The translations under genes and the position numbers were made by a program. A DNA stretch of 53,825 nucleotides from a candidate division WOR-3 bacterium (GTDB lineage Bacteria > Hydrothermota > Tepidihabitantia > Tepidihabitantales > CAIPLT01). The DNA lies in the NCBI GenBank assembly GCA_965649215.1, contig CBFGJZ010000009.1, positions 1 through 53,825 on the forward strand, in the 5' to 3' direction. This document shows positions 29,505-39,857 of the stretch, in pieces (the stretch's first letter is position 1; the number at the start of each line of letters is the position of its first letter). The notes under the pieces were generated by a model, which was given only the letters and a program-made list of their open reading frames with translations, did no database searches and was not told the DNA's origin.

Positions 29505-31091
29505 ATGACAAAAATTATTAACACTGATTTTATTGTAGTAGGCTCAGGTATTGCTGGTTTATGGTTTGCTCATAAAGTATCTCCGCTTGGCGAAGTTTCA
29601 CTCCTAACCAAAAAAGAAGATACTGAATCCAATACCAATTATGCACAAGGTGGCATTGCTGCTTCATTCGGTGCGGACGACTCACCCGAAACCCATTACA
29701 AAGATACCCTTAAAAATGGCAAGGGTTTAGCACGTCCTCATATTGTCAAAATGGTCTGTGAGCAAGGTCCTAAATTAGTAAAAGAACTTTATGAAACGGG
29801 CATTCAATTTAGCACTTATTACAATTCCCGTGGTGAACAACATTTTGATTTAGGTAAAGAAGGAGGTCATAGCCGAGCTCGCATCGTCCACGCGAAAGAC
29901 TATACTGGTCGAGAGATTGAAAATGGCTTAATTAAAGCATTAAAAGATAAATGTCAATTTTATGAACACTATTTAGTCTTTGCTTTGCTGATTAATGAGC
30001 AAAAACATTGTATTGGTGTTCAAGCAGTTGATGTTAAAACTTCCGAGGTATATTGTTTTGTCGCACCTGTTACGGTTTTAGCAACAGGCGGCATTGGTCA
30101 AGTTTACTTACACACGACAAATCCACCGATTGCCACAGGTGATGGTATTGCGATTGCCTATCATGCTAATGCTCGCATTGCTAATATGGAGTTTATTCAA
30201 TTCCATCCCACTGCGCTCTATGGTCATAAAATCAACAACCGCTATTTTTTAATTTCGGAAGCGGTGCGTGGCGAAGGTGGTATCCTACGAACCCAAGATG
30301 GTAAAACATTTATGGAAAAATATCACGAACTCGGTTGTTTAGCACCCCGTGATGTTGTTGCCCGAGCCATTGATAATGAAATGAAAAAGAACAAACAAGA
30401 TTATGTGTTTCTTGATGTCACACATCTTAACCCGCAAAAAGTCAAAGAACGCTTTCCTAATATTTATAACACTTGTCTGCAATTAGGCATTGATATCACG
30501 CGTCAGTTAATTCCTGTAGTACCAGCCGCCCATTATGTTTGTGGTGGTATTGATATCAATGAATGGGGTGAAAGCAGTATTCCGAATCTTTATGCAATTG
30601 GTGAATGTGCTCATTCCGGTTTACACGGTGCCAATCGTCTTGCTTCTAATTCACTCCTTGAAGCATTAGTTTTTGCCGAGCGCGCAGCAGAAAAAGTTTA
30701 CGAAAACGCACAACATCCAATGACAATCATTAAACCACCACCAGTAAACGATATTCATATCAGTTTAGACGATAATCCTTTAGTATCTAATTTAACTAAC
30801 CAACTCAGAAAAGTTGTTTGGGATGGAGCCGGCATTGTCCGTTCTAACGCTCGTCTGAGTGCTGCCTTAAAAGAAGTCTCAGCATTATCCAGCCAAGTTG
30901 AAACGATAACTCCCTTAACACCGTCACTTATCGAACTTAAAAATATGCTCACAGTTGCCACTCTCATTATACAAAGTGCTCTGCTCCGTAATGAATCACG
31001 GGGCTTACACTATAAAGAAGATTATCCCAATGTCGATGATGAACATTTTCTCTGCGACACCATCCTTTATAGAGAACAATCACCACAATGA
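29505..31091 (+). CDS. nadB: L-aspartate oxidase
   Basis: VVGSGIAG, NTNYAQGGIA, EGGHS, EFIQFHPT, SEAVRGEG, LAPRDVVARAI, GLHGANRLASNSLLE, ESRGLHY. Confidence 0.96.
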   Translation: MTKIINTDFIVVGSGIAGLWFAHKVSPLGEVSLLTKKEDTESNTNYAQGGIAASFGADDSPETHYKDTLKNGKGLARPHIVKMVCEQGPKLVKELYETGIQFSTYYNSRGEQHFDLGKEGGHSRARIVHAKDYTGREIENGLIKALKDKCQFYEHYLVFALLINEQKHCIGVQAVDVKTSEVYCFVAPVTVLATGGIGQVYLHTTNPPIATGDGIAIAYHANARIANMEFIQFHPTALYGHKINNRYFLISEAVRGEGGILRTQDGKTFMEKYHELGCLAPRDVVARAIDNEMKKNKQDYVFLDVTHLNPQKVKERFPNIYNTCLQLGIDITRQLIPVVPAAHYVCGGIDINEWGESSIPNLYAIGECAHSGLHGANRLASNSLLEALVFAERAAEKVYENAQHPMTIIKPPPVNDIHISLDDNPLVSNLTNQLRKVVWDGAGIVRSNARLSAALKEVSALSSQVETITPLTPSLIELKNMLTVATLIIQSALLRNESRGLHYKEDYPNVDDEHFLCDTILYREQSPQ

Positions 31092-32008
31092 AGCAAAACA
31101 GAAGTAATTCTGTTTTAGATAACTCAAAAGTTGAAATCATCGAACAATTCATCAATTATCTAATCACCGAACGCAGTTTAGCCCAAATTTCAACTTCATC
31201 TTATGCGACTGATGTGCGTCAATTCTTATCCTCTCTAAAAAACGATACGAAAATCAATGATATTGAAGAAACAGATATCACCGATTATATTGTAACCTTA
31301 CGCTCATTAAAATTAAGCAATGCCTCAATCAGTCGTAAAATAACTGCCTTGAAAATGTTTTTTCGTTTCTTACTTGACGAACAACTCATCAATCATGACC
31401 CAACCGAAAACATTGAGACGCCGAAAAAAGTCCAAAAATTACCGTCCGTCTTATCTGTCGCAGAAATCAATAAACTCATTGCTATTACGCAAAGCCCAGA
31501 CCCAAAAGATCAGCGGGCTCGAGCAATTTTTGAATTATTATATGCGAGTGGTATTCGAGCTTCTGAATTATTATCCTTAAGAATTGATGATATTCATTTT
31601 GATGAAGGATTCATCCAAGTCATCGGTAAAGGTAATAAAGAACGATTAGTGCCCGTGGGAAAACCTGCGCTACAAGCAATTCGCAACTATTATAACTTTG
31701 CTCGTCGCCAATTTATCAAAGACAAAATCTGTTCGTATCTCTTTGTCAATGCTCACGGGAAAAAACTCTCTCGCATGGGACTCCATAAGATATTACAGCA
31801 CTACGTCAAAAAAGCTAAAATCAATAAACGAATCACACCCCATATCTTCCGTCATACGTTTGCGACTCATCTTTTAGAAGGTGGCGCAAATCTCAGAGCA
31901 GTGCAAGAGATGCTCGGTCATGCCAGCATTGTCACGACACAAATCTATACCCACCTTGACCGAACCTATCTCAAAGAAGTCTATAAAACCTTTCACCCCC
32001 GTAGTTAA
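31088..32008 (+). CDS. xerD: Site-specific tyrosine recombinase XerD
   Basis: ELLYASGIRASEL, GKGNKERLVP, TPHIFRHTFATHLLEGGANLRAVQEMLGHASIVTTQIYTH, C-terminal FHPR. Confidence 0.92.
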   Translation: MKQNRSNSVLDNSKVEIIEQFINYLITERSLAQISTSSYATDVRQFLSSLKNDTKINDIEETDITDYIVTLRSLKLSNASISRKITALKMFFRFLLDEQLINHDPTENIETPKKVQKLPSVLSVAEINKLIAITQSPDPKDQRARAIFELLYASGIRASELLSLRIDDIHFDEGFIQVIGKGNKERLVPVGKPALQAIRNYYNFARRQFIKDKICSYLFVNAHGKKLSRMGLHKILQHYVKKAKINKRITPHIFRHTFATHLLEGGANLRAVQEMLGHASIVTTQIYTHLDRTYLKEVYKTFHPRS

Positions 32009-32391
32009 AGTAAACGAATATTAAAAACCCCTCGCTCGCTTCCTCTTATTAATCCACACTTACAACTAACAACCAGATTCCCAGCTCTTGCTAATGAAGC
32101 AATTCAAACCAATAATATTCTTATATTTCAGTCAACTAGGGAAAATCACTTATTACAATTTAGCTCTCCCTCGTTATTGTCTCAAATAAAATCAAAACTA
32201 AAGTAATAAATTATATCTAATATTAACTTTTATTACAAAACTTACCCTCATGGGGTACATACCCCCCCTATTTTTTAAAATTTTTACTCAATCTATTGAT
32301 TTTCAATGAAATAATTTAAATTTTAACTCTAAAATTATGTTATAACCTTGTAACATTTCTCAATTTATTAAAATCGACTGTATTATAAAAA

Positions 32392-35300
32392 TCAATAAAT
32401 AACAACTTTAACTTGTTGTTTTTGGTACGCAGTCTCAAAATGTAACAGATAGATACCTTTTGCAATATCTTTAAGTTTGTAAATCAAACAATAGTCGCCC
32501 TTATTTTGATAATTATCAATTAAATTAGCAACGAATCGGCCATTAACATCATAAAGTGTAAGTTGTACTTTTGTTGCAGTCGGTAAACAATAGTTAACTA
32601 CTAAACTGTTCTTAACTATTTTAGATATTAATGTCGGATTTATCTGACTATAATTCCGATCACTCATAATAGTCTTGTTCTCTTGTATTTGTCTGTCAAA
32701 TTTTGATGCTGAATCACTTGCTAAAGTATAACGCCAGAACTCTTTAGTATCATTTCCTTTAATAGCATAAATAAAGGCACCGTGAGCAACCATTGCTCCG
32801 CCAGCACTAACTTTCTTAACACCTGGTACTATTTCTAAGGTGATCCAAGTGTCTAAAGGAATCGAATAATAACCAAAATCATAATTATTGCCACCCTTAA
32901 AGGCAAAGATTTTATCATCTTTTACAACCAATGCTGCGCCATCTTTAATAGTCTTTTTAATTCTGCCAAAACTGACATCGCGCATTTGAATCCAACTGTC
33001 CTCGGCTACTAAATAACTATAGAAATATTTAGAATTGTTGCCAACAAACGCATAAATTGTGCATCCTTTAACCGTTAAAGCACCACCTGCTTTTACTTTC
33101 TTACCCAGCGGTGTTGTAATTGACCTTTTCTGAATCCAAGTATCAGCATTTATGTCATACATCCAGAATTCATCTGTATTACCGCCTTTAAAAGCATAAA
33201 TATAATCACCACAAGTAACCAAAGCCCCGCCTGCTTTCACTTTTGTTTCTTTTAATGAACCGCTGGCAAAAGCAGGGATTGAGCTTTTCATTATCCACGA
33301 ATCAGAAGTCGGGTCGTAGGTATAAAAATCGCGCGTCGAATTACCCTTAAAAGCATAAATAAGACCGTTATGAGCAGTCATTGCGGCACCATTTTTAACC
33401 TTTTTTATCTTATTGCAACTCAATATTGGCACTGAACATTTTTCAGTCCAACTATCTTGGGCAATATCATAAGCATAAAAACAACAGGTATTACGACCTC
33501 GTAATGCATAGATCACTGAATCGACGGTTGTCATTGCACCACCCGCTTTAACACCTTTTAAATCGCGAATCGGCAAGGGTTTTAATGACTTCCAACTCCG
33601 ATAATACAAGATAAACGAATCAAGCTTGACATTATTATCAATTACTAAATCACCGCTGAATGGAATTGAACATCGTGTATAATACTGACCTTCTATAAAA
33701 TCACCTTCGTTAAACTGATTACTATCAAAAGCAAGCTCAAGCGATTCACCACTCGCAATCGTTATGTACTTCGTATTTTGATACGGTGAATTTAAAATTG
33801 TAAATGTTATTGGCACATTATATTCAGTCTTGGTCCCATAATTATAAATCATCGCTTTGGGGGTAAACATTGCATAAAAATAACAAGTATCTCGAGGTCT
33901 GATAATCCTCTCCACTGCTAAATCTTTAAGACCAATCGAAATAAAACCATTAAGAACATTATTTTCACTCACCATATCAGTATTTGAATAAAGCGAACAT
34001 TGAATTGGATAATTACCGCGCATAATCACAGTCCAGGGATCAAAAATAACCGTATCGTAAGCACCAGCACTAAGGTTATAAACTGTCTGGGTATTAAGCC
34101 AAGTAACAATCTTAAAACTAACATTAAAAGTTTCCGTCTCAGTGCCACAATTTTTCACTAATACCTTGGGAATAATTTCAGCCGTTGAATCAACCGTACC
34201 AATCGGTTGAATAATTTCTATTACTGCGAGATCTGAAACCCTCACTGTAACTGTTGCATACATCGTATCATTAGAATTGATTGGGTCATTACTCAATTGG
34301 GTAAAACACTTAATATTATAACTCCCACGCATGCCAATTGGCCACGGGTCAAAATTCACGACCATCGTGCTGTGAGGCAAAATATTACTGACTACTTTCG
34401 TATTCTGCCAATCATCAATCTGAACTGTCACATTAAAACTTTCAGTTTGAGTACCATAGTTTTTCACCACTGCCTGGACTGCGATACTTGCAGCCGAATC
34501 AATCACACCGATTGGCGAAATTATCTGAATCACCCCAACATCAGTTAACTGCACTCCAAAAGTACCTATACAAACATTATTACTTGCCACCATATCCCCA
34601 TTAAAATTAACAGAACAACGCATCGTGTAATAAGTAGCTAAGGGCAAGTTCGCGACAAAATTATCAAAAGTCTGTTCAATGGCACTACCTGCAGCAAGAC
34701 TCACTGTTCGAGAACTGGAATAATTCAAACCTGGCCCATCGATAAAGAAAAAGACACTAACATTACTCTCATCAACTGTGCCATAATTATGAATCCATGC
34801 TTTCGGCGTAATTGTGGCATTAGAATCTACTAAAGCCGAGGGTGAAGTGATTGAACTAACGCCGCAATCCCGCACTCGTATGGAAAAATTAACTGAACTT
34901 GCATTGTTATGCGGAACGAGATCGCCCGTTAAATGAGTACTACATTTTAAACTATAGTTGCCCCGTGGTATATTTAAGGCAAATGGGCTAAAATTTTGTA
35001 AAATTGAATTATTCGGTGCTAATGAAACAAATTGGGTATCACAATAAGTTGTGCCCTCAATTTTCATTACTACCGGCACATTTACGGCAAAAAGTGAACC
35101 TAAATTTTCAATCACTGCGTTTGGCACAATCACTGCGGTGGAGTCAATCGGGTCAGGTATTGGCGATACTGAATTTACTGAAAAATCACGCACCTGCACT
35201 GTAAAGGTCGCTTCTAATTTATCATTACTGGGTATCATATCAAGCGCAAATTCGGTAGAACATTTTATCGAATTCAAACCCCGTGGACCAACCAACCATG

Positions 35301-36831
35301 GATCAAAATTGACGATAGTCGAATCAAACGGAGCCAAATTCGAGATTGGTTTAGTACTCATATAACCCGTTGAGGGAATGGTCATTTTCGCATTAAAACT
35401 CGCAATCCGATTACCTAAATTTTTAATCTTTACCTGCGGTACAATCACACTTGCAGAATCAACATCACCAACTGGTTGAATAATTTCATTTACCGTAACA
35501 TCTTCGGTGTAATATTTTATCGTAATAAAATCTTCACCGCTACCAACACCAAAACTATAACCGCCAACAATCACATTACCATCCTTATCCACACAAATTG
35601 CGTTGGCATCGTCATTTTGATTGGCAACCGGTCCGTGATAAGTTCTACACCAAATCATTTCTCCATTCGGACTATATCGAATTGTGGTAATATCATTATA
35701 AGTCTGATTACTAAAACCAGTTACAAAGATATTATTTAAATCATCAATCGCAATTGCGCGGGGATGGTCATTTTGCCCGCTCCGATCAAATCGTCTCACC
35801 CATAAAGTCTCACCCGTGATACTATTATATTTTATGGTTGCCCAATCTTTAACTCCTGAGATATTACTATAACCACAAACCACAATATTATTTTCTCTAT
35901 CAATTGCCATCGCGGTCGCTTCATCATCTTCCGCTGCACCTAAGCCAGTATAGCGATGAAGCCAAAGCATAGTACCATCGGGGGCGTATTTGATGGTGAC
36001 AAAATCTTTGTTCGTCCCTGAACCCGGACTAAAGCCAGTTACATAAACATTGCCAAAATTATCTATGCGCATTGCTGTTACTTCGTCTGGTTGATTGTAA
36101 CCGTTATCATAAAATCTCATCCAAGCGGTATCGCCATTCGGGAGAAATTTGATAACAATATAATCACGCCCCGTGGGATTACGAGAAGTAAAACCTGCAA
36201 CATAAATATTTCCAAAGCCATCTACGGCAATTCTTCTCCCCTCGTCTGCACTTAAAGTTGATTGGCCCCCATGATAGCGTTTTTGCCATAACATATCGCC
36301 ATTGCTATTATATTTAATCGTCAAAATATCATTACCATTACCCCAACTTGAGCCGGTAACATAGACATTACCAAAATTATCAACAAAAATCGCATTTGCA
36401 ACATCGTGTGCATTACCTGTCCCATTGAAAGTTCGTGTCCAGATAGTGTCGCCATTTTGGTTGTATTTGATGGTCAGAAAATCGTAATTTGTGGTCATAT
36501 AAGCATATCCTGCCACATAGATATAACCATTATTATCAACTGTTATTGCATAGGGTTGGTCTAAATTACTCGGGGGTCCATTATATGTTCTCAGCCATTG
36601 TAATTCACCATTCGCATTATATTTAATCACCGACCAATCACAATCGGTAGTTGCTTTATAACTCACACCAGCAACATAAATATTTCCCCAATTATCGGTA
36701 CATATTGCATTAATTTTATCTGTAAAATTTCCTACCCCACTATATCTTCTTACCCAAGCCGTATCAACTTGAGCAAAAAGATTAGTAATAATTACGAGTC
36801 CAATTACTATTATCAACAAATTCTTATTCAT
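32392..36831 (-). CDS. Large adhesin-like protein: SBBP-type propeller, about six CARDB-like repeats, Kelch-like propeller, T9SS-type C-terminal domain
   Basis: Start likely MNKNLL (36831, RBS GGAGG). Repeats VDxxGNVYVTG...DxxTIKY...GDTxWxR; CARDB-like units; KAGGAL...YAFKGGNT; LYDVNGR...KGIYLL. Confidence 0.88.
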   Translation of the reverse strand: MNKNLLIIVIGLVIITNLFAQVDTAWVRRYSGVGNFTDKINAICTDNWGNIYVAGVSYKATTDCDWSVIKYNANGELQWLRTYNGPPSNLDQPYAITVDNNGYIYVAGYAYMTTNYDFLTIKYNQNGDTIWTRTFNGTGNAHDVANAIFVDNFGNVYVTGSSWGNGNDILTIKYNSNGDMLWQKRYHGGQSTLSADEGRRIAVDGFGNIYVAGFTSRNPTGRDYIVIKFLPNGDTAWMRFYDNGYNQPDEVTAMRIDNFGNVYVTGFSPGSGTNKDFVTIKYAPDGTMLWLHRYTGLGAAEDDEATAMAIDRENNIVVCGYSNISGVKDWATIKYNSITGETLWVRRFDRSGQNDHPRAIAIDDLNNIFVTGFSNQTYNDITTIRYSPNGEMIWCRTYHGPVANQNDDANAICVDKDGNVIVGGYSFGVGSGEDFITIKYYTEDVTVNEIIQPVGDVDSASVIVPQVKIKNLGNRIASFNAKMTIPSTGYMSTKPISNLAPFDSTIVNFDPWLVGPRGLNSIKCSTEFALDMIPSNDKLEATFTVQVRDFSVNSVSPIPDPIDSTAVIVPNAVIENLGSLFAVNVPVVMKIEGTTYCDTQFVSLAPNNSILQNFSPFALNIPRGNYSLKCSTHLTGDLVPHNNASSVNFSIRVRDCGVSSITSPSALVDSNATITPKAWIHNYGTVDESNVSVFFFIDGPGLNYSSSRTVSLAAGSAIEQTFDNFVANLPLATYYTMRCSVNFNGDMVASNNVCIGTFGVQLTDVGVIQIISPIGVIDSAASIAVQAVVKNYGTQTESFNVTVQIDDWQNTKVVSNILPHSTMVVNFDPWPIGMRGSYNIKCFTQLSNDPINSNDTMYATVTVRVSDLAVIEIIQPIGTVDSTAEIIPKVLVKNCGTETETFNVSFKIVTWLNTQTVYNLSAGAYDTVIFDPWTVIMRGNYPIQCSLYSNTDMVSENNVLNGFISIGLKDLAVERIIRPRDTCYFYAMFTPKAMIYNYGTKTEYNVPITFTILNSPYQNTKYITIASGESLELAFDSNQFNEGDFIEGQYYTRCSIPFSGDLVIDNNVKLDSFILYYRSWKSLKPLPIRDLKGVKAGGAMTTVDSVIYALRGRNTCCFYAYDIAQDSWTEKCSVPILSCNKIKKVKNGAAMTAHNGLIYAFKGNSTRDFYTYDPTSDSWIMKSSIPAFASGSLKETKVKAGGALVTCGDYIYAFKGGNTDEFWMYDINADTWIQKRSITTPLGKKVKAGGALTVKGCTIYAFVGNNSKYFYSYLVAEDSWIQMRDVSFGRIKKTIKDGAALVVKDDKIFAFKGGNNYDFGYYSIPLDTWITLEIVPGVKKVSAGGAMVAHGAFIYAIKGNDTKEFWRYTLASDSASKFDRQIQENKTIMSDRNYSQINPTLISKIVKNSLVVNYCLPTATKVQLTLYDVNGRFVANLIDNYQNKGDYCLIYKLKDIAKGIYLLHFETAYQKQQVKVVIY

Positions 36832-36887
36832 AAATTCCTCCGACCCAATAGATTTTATTTTATATTTTTTTATTTTTAATAAACTAA

Positions 36888-38243
36888 TCATTTTAATAAC
36901 TTTGGTGTTATAATGATTATAATATCACTTTTATCTATTACTTTTCGGTTATATCTAAAGAAAATACCTAACAATGGAATGTCACCCAAGATTGGTATCT
37001 TTTTACGCACCGAGCGCTCGGTCTTTGCTTTCAATCCGCCAATGATAATATTATCCCCATCTTTAACTCTAATTTGAGTTTTAACAGTGCGTCTACTCAC
37101 AATCGGTAAGCCTGTTAACCCATCACCAACAAAATCACTCACTTCGGGTTCAACTTCAACGGTAATTTCATCATTTTCTGAGATAATCGGAGTAATATTT
37201 AACGAGGTCCCATACTTAACCACTTCAAACCGAATATAAGGATATTGGGGTTGGCCACTGACAATCTGATAATACTGCTCTTTACCAACATTAATACTGG
37301 CTTTTTGTCCTTCTAAAGTAATGATTTTCGGATTTGCCTTAATTTCCGCTTTACCGCTCTGGGCTAAGATCTGTAATGCGGGTAGCAGAAAAGTATATGA
37401 CCAATCACCACTAATCGTCTTCGTAAATGTCTTATAAACCAATTCGGTTGAAGTTTCTAATAATTTAGTAAAATCAGCAAAGACATTAATTGTATCGCTC
37501 CCTTTGCTTAACATACCACTCCATTTGATACCCAATTCTCGTAACGCATCGGTTGAGACTTCACTAATAATCGCTTCAATCTGAATCTGTTTTGGCGGTT
37601 TATCAATATTTGCTAAATCGATTTTAAATTTCTCAATAATCTGATTTGGGGCGGTGATCGTCATTAAATTAATATCAGGATTTACCTTAACATAGGGTCG
37701 ATAAACATCAGCAATCAATTGATAAGCATCTTTTGCTTTCAGATAATTTAACTTTATTGCTTCCGTACTCGTTAATAAATGATACGAAGCATTTTCTGAT
37801 TTATTTGCACCAACTAAATAATAATCATCAATTTTCTTATACGAATAACCTAAGGGAAACAAAATCCGCTTTAAGCACTCTTCAAATGGTAAATCATTCA
37901 GTTCGATACTCACACTACCATAGACACTACCATCAGTAAGAATCATAATGCCGGTTTGGGCAGATAAATCTTTTAGGACTTCGGTCAATTCTGTATCATA
38001 AAAAACATTCGTAATTTTGATCTCGCTAATACTATCTTGAAAAACATTTTCATGGCTCAAAAGCGACTCAACAGTTGTTGTGGCAATTGAATCTGCAGGA
38101 CTTTGTGTGGTATCTTGAATTTCAATACTTTGAATATTTTTAGTCTCGCTTAAATGTTGCTCGGGTATATCCCCTAACCCATTAGCAAAAAAGGTTGACC
38201 GAGCATAAACAATAATGAAGATAATAACAAACTTTTTTAGCAT
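36888..38243 (-). CDS. Secretin (GspD/PilQ-like outer-membrane channel)
   Basis: IDKPPKQIQIEAIISEV, ELGIKW, ANPKIITLEGQKASINVG, GTSLNITP, KIPILGDIPLLGIFFR, IIITPKLL; N-terminal STN/N-domain-like segments. Confidence 0.93.
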   Translation of the reverse strand: MLKKFVIIFIIVYARSTFFANGLGDIPEQHLSETKNIQSIEIQDTTQSPADSIATTTVESLLSHENVFQDSISEIKITNVFYDTELTEVLKDLSAQTGIMILTDGSVYGSVSIELNDLPFEECLKRILFPLGYSYKKIDDYYLVGANKSENASYHLLTSTEAIKLNYLKAKDAYQLIADVYRPYVKVNPDINLMTITAPNQIIEKFKIDLANIDKPPKQIQIEAIISEVSTDALRELGIKWSGMLSKGSDTINVFADFTKLLETSTELVYKTFTKTISGDWSYTFLLPALQILAQSGKAEIKANPKIITLEGQKASINVGKEQYYQIVSGQPQYPYIRFEVVKYGTSLNITPIISENDEITVEVEPEVSDFVGDGLTGLPIVSRRTVKTQIRVKDGDNIIIGGLKAKTERSVRKKIPILGDIPLLGIFFRYNRKVIDKSDIIIIITPKLLK

Positions 38244-38252
38244 ACTATACTT

Positions 38253-39803
38253 TTACAAATTAAAATCTTTTTGAAAGTTCAAATACTTTCCTTTACCATA
38301 TTCAATCTCAGCAATAACTCGATATTTTCCTTTACTCAACGGTGAAATTGTCGTAGTATGAAGTCTCACCGTTTTGTTTGGTAAAATAAGATCATTTATC
38401 TCATGGATCTTATATTCACCAACTGGTTTTGTAATTTCGCCAAGAAGATCGGGATTATTAATAACGCTTTGAATACTAACTTTACCCGTTGGTTTAATAC
38501 CAATATCACCAACATTGCGCACGATTACACCACAAATCAAAGGGTTCTTATTTATAATATTAATATCGGTGATTTCTAATTCTTCTCGGAAATTACCCGC
38601 ATATTTTAAAACGACGGGCAGAAAAAGTTCGGTTGGCAAACAAGAATCTTTTTGCATTTTTATCTTAATCTGACAGAACCTTTCGCCCTGTTCTTTTGAT
38701 GCTGGCACTTTAATATTAATTTTAAGAGGCTTTTTTTCCCCTGCTTTGAGGATAAACTCATTCGTTTCTAATGATAACCACTCGGCACAAGACCATTTAT
38801 CATTCACTTGACTCTCAACTGCTATCCACTCACCATCTTCGGCATTGGTTACATTAACAACTGCAGCATTAACTTTTAAGTCAAATTTCTCTTCATTAGT
38901 AAGAATTATGATTCGGTTCCGGACTGCATTCGGCATAATACTAAGACTAATATTTTCAGGATTAATCATTACTGCTAAGGGCAATGACGCATTCAATTTA
39001 CCTTTGGCAATAACTTTACTTTTCGTGACTTCAAATGGCATTTTTGCAGTTAATTGACCACGCTCGCCATATTTTATGATTACTTCGGCAATATATTCGC
39101 CCGCTTTTGGTTTGGCAATAATGGAACGGATATTAACAGTTGAATTTGGTAAAATAACACCACCTTCTTTACCTAACGGTACTTGCCGTATCTTGCTGCC
39201 TTGCTTATTCTTGACAATCAAAATACCTGTAGTATTCAAATGCATATCACATTCATTTTTCACAGTTGCTGCAATACTTATCCAATTATCTAAACTACCT
39301 TTTAAGCGATATCTTTTTAATTGTTCGCCTTCTTCAAATTGTAATCCACTAATCAATACTTTCGGTTTAATCAATGGCTTAAGCCGTATTTTGACAATAA
39401 TCGGAATACGGATTTTATATGCTGCTTCATTGGCAGATAAACGATTTTCTACCACAATTGCTCCATAACCACCACCCTTAACACCATGCGGAACTTGAAT
39501 ATAACCATTAATTGCTTTTGCCGAATCGGGTTTTAAGTAAACTATACTATCTTTTAATTTTATCCATTGCGCACATGAATTAACACCCTCTCCAATCGCT
39601 ACGATTTGATAATTCCCTTCAATGTTTTGAATAATATCTGTGGTAAATATATTAAGTAATGCGGGTTCGGTTTTTGATTCATTATAAACTATAAATTCAA
39701 TCTGTTTTCTACTACCCGCTGCCATTGTCATATCAATACTTAATGGCGAAACCGAAAATTGGACTTGTGTGAAGATTATAATACTGATTAGCGATATTAC
39801 CAT
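38253..39803 (-). CDS. Secreted protein with two tandem PapD/fimbrial-chaperone-like (DUF916/WxLIP-like) modules
   Basis: Two copies of xSP/NPxxIxxxxxx...N...SCAxWxxL...LK...I.VP...G, each followed by a VxNxG/xDxxxxxxGxxxI Ig-like domain. Confidence 0.65.
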   Translation of the reverse strand: MVISLISIIIFTQVQFSVSPLSIDMTMAAGSRKQIEFIVYNESKTEPALLNIFTTDIIQNIEGNYQIVAIGEGVNSCAQWIKLKDSIVYLKPDSAKAINGYIQVPHGVKGGGYGAIVVENRLSANEAAYKIRIPIIVKIRLKPLIKPKVLISGLQFEEGEQLKRYRLKGSLDNWISIAATVKNECDMHLNTTGILIVKNKQGSKIRQVPLGKEGGVILPNSTVNIRSIIAKPKAGEYIAEVIIKYGERGQLTAKMPFEVTKSKVIAKGKLNASLPLAVMINPENISLSIMPNAVRNRIIILTNEEKFDLKVNAAVVNVTNAEDGEWIAVESQVNDKWSCAEWLSLETNEFILKAGEKKPLKINIKVPASKEQGERFCQIKIKMQKDSCLPTELFLPVVLKYAGNFREELEITDINIINKNPLICGVIVRNVGDIGIKPTGKVSIQSVINNPDLLGEITKPVGEYKIHEINDLILPNKTVRLHTTTISPLSKGKYRVIAEIEYGKGKYLNFQKDFNL

Positions 39804-39857
39804 CTCAATTCTCTCTTCTTATCCCTGATTCTGGCAGAAGGGTTTAATTAGTTGTTA

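Noticed and set aside
31088-32008. Tyrosine recombinase as a prophage or island integrase
   Set aside because: Size and motifs match housekeeping XerD, it overlaps nadB, and I saw no att repeats or duplicated tRNA ends.
36888-38243. Secretin as exit pore for a filament made of the capsid-like protein at 53309
   Set aside because: The genes are 15 kb apart with unrelated housekeeping genes between; nothing in the sequence links them.
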